Below the pieces are notes generated by a model. That model had not been told where the DNA came from. It did no database searches and saw only the letters and a list, made by a program, of their open reading frames with translations. Position numbers and translations under genes: made by a program. From NCBI GenBank assembly GCA_964388185.1, contig CAYLYJ010000002.1, positions 1 through 62,062 on the forward strand: a stretch of DNA of 62,062 bases. The letters are read 5' to 3'. The stretch is from an uncultured Coriobacteriaceae bacterium. GTDB taxonomy: Bacteria; Actinomycetota; Coriobacteriia; Coriobacteriales; QAMH01. Positions 1-9,917 of this stretch are shown one piece after another; the first letter of the stretch is position 1, and each line of letters opens with the position of its first letter.

Positions 1-97
1 GAGGAAGTCGACTTGTTGAGCGGGAGACAATAGCTTTTTATCCACGTTCTTCCTTGCATCGAAAAAACGCCCTGACACGCGGGCGCATCAAGGCGTT

Positions 98-118
98 AAA
101 AGCGCGCAAGCGCTTTTT
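98..118 (+). terminator. Short GC hairpin AAAAGCGC-GCAA-GCGCTTTTT. Candidate intrinsic terminator for a gene lying left of the window.
   Basis: Perfect 8-nt arms at 98-105 and 110-117 with a 4-nt loop and a trailing T run, read directly from the sequence. Confidence 0.3.
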
Positions 119-474
119 GGTTCATGCATAGAGTAACACAGGGGGCATGCAATAAATCTAAGGAAATTGTGGATAAGTGGAATTCTTCGATGAAATGCCG
201 TCTCTTTCTTGTACGGGGAGCCTGTGAGTGTTCTGGATATTTGGGCTGCAGATGCGTTTCTTGTGATGAGGCTCGACGCAAGACAGCTCCGCACTCCACC
301 AGCTACTCCTCGCTCCAGCCCGCAAGTCCGCTTGACACACTGCCGTTACCCAAACCACAAGGCTGCGGATGCTATCATACCCCTGTACTATGTGAAGACG
401 CTCATAAGCCGCTCGGGCACAGCCAGAAGTGCCGGCGGTTGTCATCGCGAGAGCCAGAGGGCTGGTGGTGCACG

Positions 475-3400
475 ATGATGGGAACGGAAAAGCTCAACAG
501 ACGTCTTGTCGGCACGGTGCTCATATCCGTGCTGCTCAGTCTGCTCCTTGCGTTGACTCCGGTGCTCGCTCTTGCCGAGCCGTCTACCGCCGAGACGCCG
601 GCGCAAGCGAGCGCGCAATCGGTTATGGCAGGCGCTGACTGCGTCATGTCGAGCGACACGTACGAAAACAGCGTGACCGCTGCGAACATGGTCCTCCTAG
701 TTTCGTTCTCCGATACGTCCAAGGACATGTTGGATGCGTTTAACGCGAGCTATTACATAGCCGACAATGTTCTGGGAATAAAAACGAACTGGCAAAATTT
801 CATGTGGTCGGTTGACGGCATTAAGCAGACGTATATCCAGCGTACCTGGAGAGACTATCTCTACGAGATATCCCAAGGCCAGTGCAACGTGAAGAGTTAC
901 TTTCCTCAAACTCAAGCTGATGGGAAGGTTGCTCACATAACGCTTGACCGGCCTGCAAGCGACTACAAGGAAAACGACGGCCTGCTCGTGGGGGATGTCG
1001 CGAGCAAGTTCAACGCGCAGTTTGGTTCATATGATGCATCGAGGACCGATAAGAACGGTGATGGTTTCGTCGACAACCTCATGATCGTTCCCACTTCAAG
1101 CGGAGTGTTCACGAGTCATAAGGGATCTCTGGGAGAAGTGGTCAGGTTTGGCTCGGGTAGCAACGCGAGAAAGGTCAAGGAGTCGATCACGGTGGTCGAG
1201 GGACCGCTCAAGCTGTCGACTGGTGGTATGCCGAACTCTGGGTTCAGCGAAAGCGTTGCCGTCCATGAATATCTTCACACGCTTGGTGCGCGTGATTACT
1301 ATCGCAATTTCAATGGCATGAGCGGTAACCCCGTGAGCTATTGGGATGTGATGGCGAGTGGCGGCGTGTATTCGTGGCCTCTGGCCTTTACGCGGGAGAG
1401 TGTCGGCTGGACAAGCATTCCCGAGGTGAACCTGAAGGATCTCAAGGACTCCTATACGCTCTATGCCCCTGCAGATTCCGATGCGAAAAAGGGCGTGAGC
1501 AATCCTTCGAAACCACAGGCGCTCAAGATTAAGACATCGCTCTCCTCGTCGGAGTATTTCATCGTTGAATATCGCCAGAGGAGTACAAACTCGTTCGGCT
1601 ACGATCGCTATATCGGAGCATCGGGTCTCATCGTCTATCGCGTGAACGAGGCGCATTCCGTCATGGGCAACATACGCGGAGACGATTATGTGTATGTTTT
1701 CAGGCCCGGAGAGACGGGGTTGAAGGATTCTGCGGGGGATGTGAATCGTGCTGCGATAGCGGCAAGCACTCATGCAACGCAGAAAAATGAAACGACCGGC
1801 CAGACCATAACGCTCAATCAATCAATCGGCTCGACCGACCTCAACGCCAAGTTTACCGACAATACGATCTTCTTCGAGAACGGTTTGAACAGCGGAATCA
1901 AGATCGATGCGGTTTCCCAGACCGATGGCTCGATCACGTTCAAGATTTCCACGGCTGACTACACGCAGGCCGATATGTGGGAGCCGCTGACCAACGCAAA
2001 CGGAAGCACCCCCTTTGGAACTTGGACCTCGCCCAATGTCGAGGCGACAAGCGACGGCAGCTCCCCATACATTCTTGCGGGAAGCTACTCTTACGGGAGC
2101 TATCTTTGGGCGGCGTGGAAACACGACGGAACGAACTGGCAGCAGGTCGGGACAAAGCAAAATGACATGCGAAATGTTCGTATCGCGATTTTGAGTGGAA
2201 CACCGTATCTTTTGGGTGTGTCCACCTCAAATCAAAGGCAATTGGTTCTCAAGGCACTTGTTTCTGGTGGGTGGAGCACCGTTGTCACCGCAATGCTCAA
2301 CGATGAAATATGGTCTACCAACCTACGTGCCATCGACGGGAAGCTGTATGCTTTTGCAGGCGCCAATGGCGATTGTCGCATGTTCACGCTGGAGGGCTCG
2401 TCACTCAGGCAATACGGCACGACGTTGCCGGTTGCCTCGTCGTACGCTGTCTCGCTTGCCGATTGCGGCGGACAACCTCTGCTCGTTGCAAACGATCAAG
2501 GCGGGACGAAGACGAATGCCTACCGTCTCAACGGCTCTTCCTGGTCAGTTACCAAGATTAAGGACAGCCCATCTTCCGTGATCAAAAGCGTTGTCAAGGA
2601 CGGCAAGACCTACATCTACGCCTTCACATACAATGGGACAAGCAATGACGCACGGCTTTCGGTTCTGTCGAGCAATGCGACTGTTGAACGCTCGTACGTC
2701 CTTCCCGAATTGCAAGATGCCGCGTCGGATACCAGCATATGTGCTGGAAAGAACAACCTGTATTTCGTGAAGAGCACAGGCGATGGCGTGAAGGCATATT
2801 CGCTACCCTATAGTGCTGCCAATACGGGAGATGTTTCCCAGTTTGCACAACTTGGGGGAACGGTGTTCTCGAGTGTGAACTCGATGGATGCCGTGGCAAT
2901 TGGCGATAGCGCCTATTGTATGCTAGGAGACACGAATAGCAGTTCGATAGCCGTGAGGCACCACAAATTGCAGGCTGGCGATACCGCCGAGTCGCTCGAC
3001 CCGTCGCAAGGTGGTTCGACCGATCCAACCAAGACATCGATCGGCGACGCGACGGTGAGCGTCGCCAACCAGACCTACACCGGCAGCGCGCTCACGCCGA
3101 AGCCGACGGTCAAGATGGGTTCGACCACGCTCAAGGAGGGCACCGATTACACGCTCTCCTATGCGAACAATACCAATGTCGGAACGGCGACGATTACCGT
3201 AAGGGGTATGGGTGACTACACAGGCGCCATTACGAAGAGGTTCACCATAGCCCGGCGTTCGATCTCCGGCGCGACGATCAGCATCGCGCCTCAGACCTAC
3301 ACCGGCAAGGCGCTCACGCCGAAGCCGACGGTCAAGATGGGTTCGACCACGCTCAAGGAGGGCATCGACTACACGCTCTCCTATGCGAACAACGTCAGCG

Positions 3401-4150
3401 CCAGTATCGATGGGGCGAGCGTCACCGTCATCGGGAAGGGCAACTACGCAGGCACCATTACGAAGAGATTCACCATAGCCCGACGCCCGATCTCCGGCGC
3501 GACGGTCAAGATTCCGTCCCAGACATATACCGGCAGCGCGATCACGCCCGCACCTACCGTCACGATACCCGGCTGCGGAACCCTCACGAAGGGGAAGGAC
3601 TACACCGTCCAGTACTCCAACAACGTGAGCGCCGGCACGGCGAGCGCCATTATCATCGGCAGGGGCAACTACACGGGATCCCTGAAGCAGAGCTTCTCGA
3701 TTGTGAAGCCGGGCGAGGCGAATCCGGACGGTCGGGAGATGTACCGCCTGTACAATCCCAATAGCGGCGAGCATTTCTATACCGCCAATGCCTCGGAGCG
3801 TGACAACCTCGTGCGCGTGGGCTGGGTCTACGAGGGGGGTGGGCTGGACAGCGCCGGCGAGTTCGAATACCCCGGTGTACCGCCTGTATTCGGGAACGGA
3901 TCATCACTACACGACGGACGCCTCCGAGCGCGACATGCTGGTGCGTGCGGGCTGGAAGAGCGAGGGTATCGGCTGGTACTCCGATGATGCCAGGGGAACG
4001 CCGCTGTATCGCCAGTTCAATCCCAATGTCAATCCAAGTGCACCGCGCAACAACTCCGGTTCGCATAACTACACCACGAGCAAGGCCGAGCATGACCGCC
4101 TCGTCGCGATAGGCTGGAAGGGCGAGGGCATCGCTTGGTATGGAATGTAG
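475..4150 (+). pseudogene. Secreted zincin (M6/InhA-like HExxH) metalloprotease with propeller-like repeats, 3 Ig-like repeats and a C-terminal triple wall-binding-type repeat. The reading frame is broken by a G6 run.
   Basis: Taken from ORF 124..3987. The in-frame ATG at 475 precedes a signal-peptide-like segment (MMGTEKLNRRLVGTVLISVLLSLLLALTPVLALAEP). Motif VAVHEYLHTLGARDYY is present. After repeat 1 (MYRLYNPNSGEHFYT, starting at 3739) the frame is lost at GGGGGG 3834-3839. Repeats 2-3 continue in ORF 3788..4150 (GVGWTAP...YRLYSGTDHHYT...GWKGEGIAWYGM). The intact paralog is at 21518..25162. Confidence 0.8.
3040..3705 (+). repeat. Three tandem in-frame coding repeats (period 222-228 bp) that encode the Ig-like domains (QTYTG..TP.PTV....L..G.DYT..Y.NN...GTA).
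   Basis: CAGACCTACACCGGC recurs at 3070 and 3292, with variant CAGACATATACCGGC at 3520. About 100 nt after the first two copies is nearly identical. Confidence 0.75.
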
Positions 4151-4152
4151 AT

Positions 4153-4211
4153 ATGTGACAGGGGCCTGACCCCTGTCACATAAGGCCCCTGTCACATGAC
4201 CCCTGTCACAT
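4153..4211. repeat. REP-like palindromic element, site A. One full hairpin ATGTGACAGGGGCCTGACCCCTGTCACAT (4153-4181) plus two extra direct right-arm copies (4184-4197 and 4198-4211).
   Basis: Read directly. The 12-nt arms are perfectly complementary. The element starts 3 nt after the TAG stop at 4148-4150. Confidence 0.9.
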
Positions 4212-4325
4212 TGTGAAAACCTGCCCGTCGATTTATTCTATAATCTCCTTCAAGATGCCTTGCATCTACGACTCGAGGTATCTTGCATGCAATGATGTGA
4301 ACCCGTTCGATAGAGACTGTTTGAT

Positions 4326-5351
4326 ATGACAATTCTTGATCTCATGAGGCTCATCCAGCGCCATCTCAAGCTGGTTGTCGCGCTTCCCATTATCTTTGCT
4401 GTTGGGGCGCTCGCATATTCGTTCTTCATCCAGGCGAGCTATACGGCGACTGCCAACTTCATCACGAGCGGTGATCTTGCGTTTGCCCAGGGCCTTGCCA
4501 ACAAAGAGGCGACTTCCTATGCTAAATCGGGAGTTCAGATCTCTTGTTCGTCTCAGAGTTCGACAAAGCAGGTCACGGTGAGTGCGACCGGATCGGATGC
4601 AACGCAGTGCATCGAGGCGGCAAATACGGTTGCCGAAAACGCCGTCAACCAATATAAAAGCTCAAACAACAACGTCATTGCCACTGTGACCGAGGCCACC
4701 TCTGCGGTGCGCAACACGCCTTCTCCCCTTAGGGTTGCCGCGACGGCGTTCGCACTTGGCCTCTTCGTTGCCATCTGTATCGTCGTGCTCATCGACATCG
4801 CCAAGGCCCCCATCAAATCTCGCGAAGACGCCGAGAACGCCTGCGAGCTTCCGGTTCTTGGTACCGGCACCTCCGTAGAGGACGGCGACAGAATCCTCGC
4901 AAACCTGCAGTTCGCGTGTGGCAGGCGTCCTTCTACCATTGCCGTTGTCCCCATCGGGCAGGCAGAAAGCGCTGCCATCATCTCGCGAGAGCTTATCGGC
5001 GCTCTCGAGCGAAGCAACGTGAGGACCAAGCTCGTGAAGGGCTCGCCCCATGCTCGCAAGTTCAAGGTGACTGTGCCGGATGATGCCGCGGTCGTCGTAT
5101 GCTGCCCGCCCCTTGCCGCTGGCGCCGGGGCCTCCTACATAGCAAACAGCTCGGATGCGACAGTACTCTGCGTGACCGAGTGGACCGATTCCAAGCGTGA
5201 GCTTTTGGCGACCATGCGCGAGCTCGAGCTTGCGAAGGCCAACATCGCTGGCTTGGCGTATCTGCCCGAGAACAAGGATGCGGCTAGTGCCGCGAAGGCG
5301 GCGAAGAAAGCTGCGAAGGGCGCTCATAAGGCCAAGGGTCGTAAGGGATAA
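4326..5351 (+). CDS. Wzz/CpsC-like polysaccharide co-polymerase fused to a degenerate CpsD-like P-loop domain, with a Lys/Ala-rich tail.
   Basis: 341-aa ORF. The N-terminus (MTILDLMRLIQRHLKLVVALPIIFAVGALAYSF) is typical of chain-length determinants, and there is a second TM segment near residue 140. The C-terminal domain has GQAES where a Walker A GxGKS/T is expected. Confidence 0.6.
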   Translation: MTILDLMRLIQRHLKLVVALPIIFAVGALAYSFFIQASYTATANFITSGDLAFAQGLANKEATSYAKSGVQISCSSQSSTKQVTVSATGSDATQCIEAANTVAENAVNQYKSSNNNVIATVTEATSAVRNTPSPLRVAATAFALGLFVAICIVVLIDIAKAPIKSREDAENACELPVLGTGTSVEDGDRILANLQFACGRRPSTIAVVPIGQAESAAIISRELIGALERSNVRTKLVKGSPHARKFKVTVPDDAAVVVCCPPLAAGAGASYIANSSDATVLCVTEWTDSKRELLATMRELELAKANIAGLAYLPENKDAASAAKAAKKAAKGAHKAKGRKG

Positions 5352-5360
5352 GGAGAGGCC

Positions 5361-6356
5361 TTGACCGCCACTTCCACAGCACCGGGTTACGAGTTCTCCT
5401 CGGCCTCTGTCGATGCGGCTTGCCGCGGCCACGGTGTTGCCGTGCTCATTCCCTGCTACAACGAATCCCAGACCATCACCAGGGTGGTGGGGGACTTCAG
5501 GGCGGCGCTTCCCGATGCGGCCATCTACGTCTACGACAATAACTCCTCCGACGACACCGCCGAGCTCGCCGCTGCGGCGGGCGCCATCGTGCGTCGAGAG
5601 TCTCGTCAGGGCAAGGGCAACGTCGTGCGCTCCATGTTTCGCGATATCGATGCCGAGTACTACCTCATGGTCGATGGTGATGACACCTATCCGGCCGAGG
5701 CTGCAGCCGAGCTCCTAGCTCCCATTGCCGCCGGAGAGGCGGATATGACCGTGGGCGATCGCATCTCCAACGGTGCGTACGCCGCCGAAAACGGCCGCCG
5801 CTTTCATGGTTTCGGCAACAGTCTCGTTCGCAAACTCATCCGCGTGCTCTACGGATACTCCTTCGAGGATGTCATGACCGGTTATCGCGCTTTCTCCCGC
5901 GCGTTCGTCAAGACCATGCCCATCATGTCCGAGGGCTTTCAGGTCGAGACCGAAATATCCGTCTGGGCAGTCGACCATCGTTGGCGCGTGGTGGACGTGC
6001 CCATCGATTATCGAGACCGCCCCGAGGGTTCCGAGAGCAAGCTCTCCACCTATGCTGATGGCATGCTCGTGCTCGCTGCAATTGTGAGCCTCTTTCGCGA
6101 TTATCGTCCCATGGCCTTCTTCGGCTGGGTATCGCTTATCCTTGTCGCGCTCGGCCTCATCGCGGGCATTCCGGTGGTTGTCGAGTACTTTGACACGAGC
6201 TATGTGACCAAGCTGCCCTCAGCCGTCCTCGCCGTTGCCCTCGTGATCTGCGCTGTGCTCTCGTTTGCCGTGGGCACCATCCTCGATTCTGTTGCCAAGG
6301 CAAATCACCGTCAATGGGAGCTCGAAGTCTATCGCGTGATGGACGAAGACGATTGA
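5361..6356 (+). CDS. GT2 polyprenyl-phosphate sugar transferase (GtrB/DPM1-like) with C-terminal TM helices.
   Basis: TTG start 5 nt after AAGGAG. Motifs VLIPCYNES...YVYDNNSSDDT...MVDGDDTYP are present, and the C-terminus has two hydrophobic helices. Confidence 0.75.
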   Translation: MTATSTAPGYEFSSASVDAACRGHGVAVLIPCYNESQTITRVVGDFRAALPDAAIYVYDNNSSDDTAELAAAAGAIVRRESRQGKGNVVRSMFRDIDAEYYLMVDGDDTYPAEAAAELLAPIAAGEADMTVGDRISNGAYAAENGRRFHGFGNSLVRKLIRVLYGYSFEDVMTGYRAFSRAFVKTMPIMSEGFQVETEISVWAVDHRWRVVDVPIDYRDRPEGSESKLSTYADGMLVLAAIVSLFRDYRPMAFFGWVSLILVALGLIAGIPVVVEYFDTSYVTKLPSAVLAVALVICAVLSFAVGTILDSVAKANHRQWELEVYRVMDEDD

Positions 6357-6367
6357 CGCGGCTTGTT

Positions 6368-7882
6368 ATGACCGCAAACTCCTCCGCAAATAATCCGAAC
6401 TCCCTTGGAGGACGCGTCATTTACTGCATGGCGACGCTATGCCTCGTCGTTGCGTTTCTGCTCACCTTCATGCTTAACAGCGCGACCGGAACGCTCGAGG
6501 GGTTTCAGTTCTCGACGGAGTTCAACCACTACTTCGAAAACGATCAGTACGCGCTCTTGGCCGACGCGTTGCTCCATGGACAGCTCACTCTCGACCTGCC
6601 CGTTTCTCAAGAGCTTGCGGATTTGGCCAATCCGTACGATTACGACATGCGCGCCGCCATCGCCAGCGAGTCCGTCCCTGTCTTCTGGGACCATGCCTTC
6701 TATGAGGGGAGCTACTACTGCTATTTTGGCGTCGTACCTGCGGTTTTGCTCTACATGCCCTATCAGCTCATCACGGGTTCTTGGCTGTCCACACCCGTTG
6801 CCCTGGGCATCATTGGCGTCCTGGCCATCATCGCCATGAGTCTTCTGATTAGGCGTCTTGCGCTGCGCTACTTTGCAGGTAGCGTCACGACGCTATCGCT
6901 TCTGGCCTGCCTCTTCGTCGTCTTCAATGGCTGTAATTACATATACCTCGCCTTTGTTGCGCGCTTCTACTCCGTGCCTATCCTGAGCTCGCTGCTCTTT
7001 ACCGCCCTTGGCCTTTGGCTATGGCTCAAGGCGAGACGCGGTAACCATTCGAGCCTCTCCGTTCCCTGTCTTGCGCTCGGCTCGGCTTGCATGGCATTGA
7101 ACTTCGGCTGCCGACCGCAATTCATGCTTGCCTGTTTTCTCGCCTTTCCAATTTTCAAGGACGAGATATTCGTCTCACGACGCCTCTTCTCGAAGCAGGG
7201 CGTTTGGCAAACCGTGGCGGCGCTCCTGCCCTTTGTCATCGTGATTTCGCCTTTGCTCTGGTACAACTACGTCCGCTTTGGCTCCGTTCTTGATTTTGGG
7301 AGCAGCTACAATCTGACCGGCTTCGATATGACCGAGTATCACCAGCGCAATCTCGTGACGCTCATCATCATAGTGAAGTACCTGTTTCAGCCTCTGGCGC
7401 TCAGTTCGGCCTTCCCCTTCATTGAGCCGACGAGTATTACGTACCTTGATTTGGGATATGCGCCGCATGAGCCGTTCTTTGGCGGCATCTTCATCATGAA
7501 GCCCGTGCTCATCGTTGCATTCGCGTTTCCGTTTCTCTGGCGTTCCCTCAAAAAGAGGGGGCTTTGGGGCTTCTCGTGGCTATGCGTGCTCTTTACCGTG
7601 ATAGTGTTGTTCGCGGATACGCGGACGGCGGGCATTACCGAGCGTTACTTCAGCGATTTCGGCCTCTACATATCCCTGGTCGCCTGCTTCGTCATTCTCA
7701 CGCTGCAGATGCGAGGCATCGCAAAGCGGCCGGCCGTTCGGGTCATCTTCATAGCGCTTTTTATCTGTGCCGTTATCTTTACCCTGGTGCTGGGGACGCT
7801 CGAGCTTGTCAGTCCCTTGCGCTATGATTCCATAGCTGATAGCAATCCAGTGCTTTACGAGCAAATCGTTGCCTTCTTCTGA
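6368..7882 (+). CDS. Polytopic membrane protein. Putative GT-C type glycosyltransferase partner of the upstream GT2.
   Basis: ORF 6314..7882. The ATG at 6368 lies just past the upstream stop. More than 10 hydrophobic segments are visible. The functional call rests on gene context only. Confidence 0.45.
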   Translation: MTANSSANNPNSLGGRVIYCMATLCLVVAFLLTFMLNSATGTLEGFQFSTEFNHYFENDQYALLADALLHGQLTLDLPVSQELADLANPYDYDMRAAIASESVPVFWDHAFYEGSYYCYFGVVPAVLLYMPYQLITGSWLSTPVALGIIGVLAIIAMSLLIRRLALRYFAGSVTTLSLLACLFVVFNGCNYIYLAFVARFYSVPILSSLLFTALGLWLWLKARRGNHSSLSVPCLALGSACMALNFGCRPQFMLACFLAFPIFKDEIFVSRRLFSKQGVWQTVAALLPFVIVISPLLWYNYVRFGSVLDFGSSYNLTGFDMTEYHQRNLVTLIIIVKYLFQPLALSSAFPFIEPTSITYLDLGYAPHEPFFGGIFIMKPVLIVAFAFPFLWRSLKKRGLWGFSWLCVLFTVIVLFADTRTAGITERYFSDFGLYISLVACFVILTLQMRGIAKRPAVRVIFIALFICAVIFTLVLGTLELVSPLRYDSIADSNPVLYEQIVAFF

Positions 7883-7892
7883 GAGGACCCCC

Positions 7893-9917
7893 ATGAACAT
7901 CAAGCGTGAAATTGATCATATGAAGGCTCGCGCGGTAATGGCGTTTTCCTCGAGGCTTTCCAAGTCCGTGCGCGAGGCGATGACTTCATGCAAGGATGCC
8001 ACGGGCCTCATCGAATGTGTCGGCTTCTATGACCTGGAGAACGGCATGAGCTCCTTCAGGTTCCTCGTCGTCACGCCGAGTGATACGGAGCCCTCATTAC
8101 GGTTCTTTGACATGCGGGGAGTCGAGATACATGCGCCGATAAAGCTTCTCTCCAAAGAGCAGCTCGTAGATCAAGATGACCGTCCCGGAGCTACCGCTTA
8201 TGTCCTTGCCGCCGAGCTCCCCACGGATACGCTCGGGCTTTACGTTGCGGCAGGGGAGGGCGGCTTCCTTCGCTTTACGCCGGGGCAGCACACGCGTTTT
8301 CTGAACGAGCGCATAGCCAAGATGTGCAACCCGGGAGTCGACGGGCTCTACGGGGAGTGGATAAAGAAAGACGAGCGCCGGGACGATGCGGATGACTCGA
8401 GCGATCTGGCTCTCCGGCCGCTCATGAGCGTGATCACCCCCGTCTACAACACGCCCATCGGCTTCTTGAGCGACTTGACGGATTCCCTGAAGGCTCAGAC
8501 GTATCCCCGCTGGGAGCACATCCTCGTAAACGCAAGTCCCGACAACGAAGAGGTCTCGGCGTTCCTGCGCAGTCTGGACGATTCGCGTTTCAAGGTCATA
8601 ACTCTGGACGAGAACAAGGGCATAGCCGAGAACACCATCGCCGGAATCGAGGTGGCGAGCGGTGATTACCTCTCCTTCCTCGATCACGATGACATCGTCG
8701 ACGCCCGTATCCTGGAGGAGTACGTCCGCGCTATCAACGAGGATCCGAGCATCGACTTGCTGTACTGCGACGAGGATTCTGTATCCGAAGACGGATCATT
8801 CTTCTCGACTCCCAGATTCAAACCCGAGTTCAATATCGATTTACTCAGGTCATTTAATTACCCGCTCCACATGCTGGCGGTCAGCCGCCGCGCCTACGAG
8901 CGGGTTGAGCCCTACGGCGACGACGTGAGCGGCTCGCAGGACTACGACCTCACGCTCAAGATTGCGGAAGTCGCTGAAGGTGTTGTTCGCGTGCCCAAGG
9001 TTCTCTATCACTGGCGGGAAAATGAGGGCTCTCTCACTCACAAGGGGACGGATGAGGTCGATGTTCGGCGCTTCGATTCATCCATGTGCGCTATATGTCG
9101 CTATTACGCTTTCAGGGACATCGATGCGCAGGTAACTCCCAGTGACATTCCATGGCTTTACCGGACCGACTACGCGCCCTCGGCGGCGCGGGACGTCTCG
9201 CTCGTGGTCGTCAGCCATGACGAGGAGTCGACCCGGCGTCTCGAGGAGAGCCTGGGGGGACAGCGGACCTCCATCCTCGCGGAGAGGCTTATCGCCGGCG
9301 AAGACGACCTGGACGAGGTCATCCGCAGGGCCAAGGGCGACCACGTCATCGTGGTCGGCGACAACGTGACCTTCGAGGACGGTGTCGGCGCCCTCGGTCG
9401 CATGCGCGACGCGCTGGCACGGCCCGACCTGGGCGTCGTGTCCGCCAAGTCGGTCACCCCCGAGGGGCTCAACCTGCACGTCGGCCTCTGCGTGAAGGGC
9501 GACGGGACCATAGGCTACCTCAACCAGGGCTTCGTGCAGGGCATGGGCGGCGGGTACAACGGCTGCGCCGAGGCGCGGTGCGACTACAGCGCCGTCGACC
9601 TCTCGTGCGCGGCGTTTCGCAGGGCCGACTTCGAGGCGGCTGGTGGTCTTTCCGGGGAGTACGACACGCCGCTGGCCCGTGCCGTCGACTTCTCGTTCAG
9701 GATGCGCGACCTGGGAAAGCTCGTCATGGTCGATCCGGATGCGCGCGTCGTCGCGCGGGCCGGCCTGGAGCAGCTGCTGCTCGGGTACTCGCATCTGTCG
9801 GACCGGCCGCAAGACGTGGCGAGGCTCTGGTCGCGCTGGGGAGAGGAGTACAGGACCGACGTCCTCGCCAATCCCAACTACACGCTCGACAACTCGTACT
9901 TCAATTTGAAAATGTGA
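7893..9917 (+). CDS. Glycosyltransferase with a GT2 domain and a second degenerate GT2-like domain. Copy 1 of a tandem pair.
   Basis: The ATG at 7893 follows GAGAGGA and the upstream stop. Motifs MSVITPVYNTP...AQTYPRWEHILVNASPD...FLDHDD are present. The stop TGA at 9915-9917 lies inside palindromic element B. Confidence 0.8.
   Translation: MNIKREIDHMKARAVMAFSSRLSKSVREAMTSCKDATGLIECVGFYDLENGMSSFRFLVVTPSDTEPSLRFFDMRGVEIHAPIKLLSKEQLVDQDDRPGATAYVLAAELPTDTLGLYVAAGEGGFLRFTPGQHTRFLNERIAKMCNPGVDGLYGEWIKKDERRDDADDSSDLALRPLMSVITPVYNTPIGFLSDLTDSLKAQTYPRWEHILVNASPDNEEVSAFLRSLDDSRFKVITLDENKGIAENTIAGIEVASGDYLSFLDHDDIVDARILEEYVRAINEDPSIDLLYCDEDSVSEDGSFFSTPRFKPEFNIDLLRSFNYPLHMLAVSRRAYERVEPYGDDVSGSQDYDLTLKIAEVAEGVVRVPKVLYHWRENEGSLTHKGTDEVDVRRFDSSMCAICRYYAFRDIDAQVTPSDIPWLYRTDYAPSAARDVSLVVVSHDEESTRRLEESLGGQRTSILAERLIAGEDDLDEVIRRAKGDHVIVVGDNVTFEDGVGALGRMRDALARPDLGVVSAKSVTPEGLNLHVGLCVKGDGTIGYLNQGFVQGMGGGYNGCAEARCDYSAVDLSCAAFRRADFEAAGGLSGEYDTPLARAVDFSFRMRDLGKLVMVDPDARVVARAGLEQLLLGYSHLSDRPQDVARLWSRWGEEYRTDVLANPNYTLDNSYFNLKM
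8304..9909 (+). repeat. Left copy of a 1606-bp apparently perfect direct repeat (partner at 10438-12043, offset 2134 bp).
   Basis: The encoded proteins and all overlapping six-frame ORFs are identical, for example 8662..8928 vs 10796..11062 and 9142..9369 vs 11276..11503. Several 60-nt lines were spot-checked by eye. Confidence 0.85.

Noticed and set aside
124-474. The 117-codon N-terminal extension of the first protease ORF, and similar upstream extensions at 6314-6367, 7869-7892, 28119-28142, 39470-39505, 48545-48673, 54223-54285, 54625-54657 and 57239-57409.
   Set aside because: The extensions are Cys/Arg-rich or overlap the preceding gene. In each case an internal ATG gives a canonical N-terminus (a signal peptide or conserved start) and usually has a purine-rich RBS.
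3788-4150. ORF 3788..4150 as an independent small gene.
   Set aside because: It encodes exactly repeats 2-3 of the anchor module, and it joins the upstream protease ORF if one G is removed from the G6 run. It is therefore the displaced 3' end of that gene.
4239-4292. A candidate promoter/operator upstream of the wzz-like gene: TATAAT at 4239-4244, a direct CTTGCAT repeat, and the 10-bp palindrome TTGCATGCAA at ~4283-4292.
   Set aside because: No acceptable -35 lies at 16-18 nt spacing, and short palindromes of this size are expected by chance. It is noted but not called.
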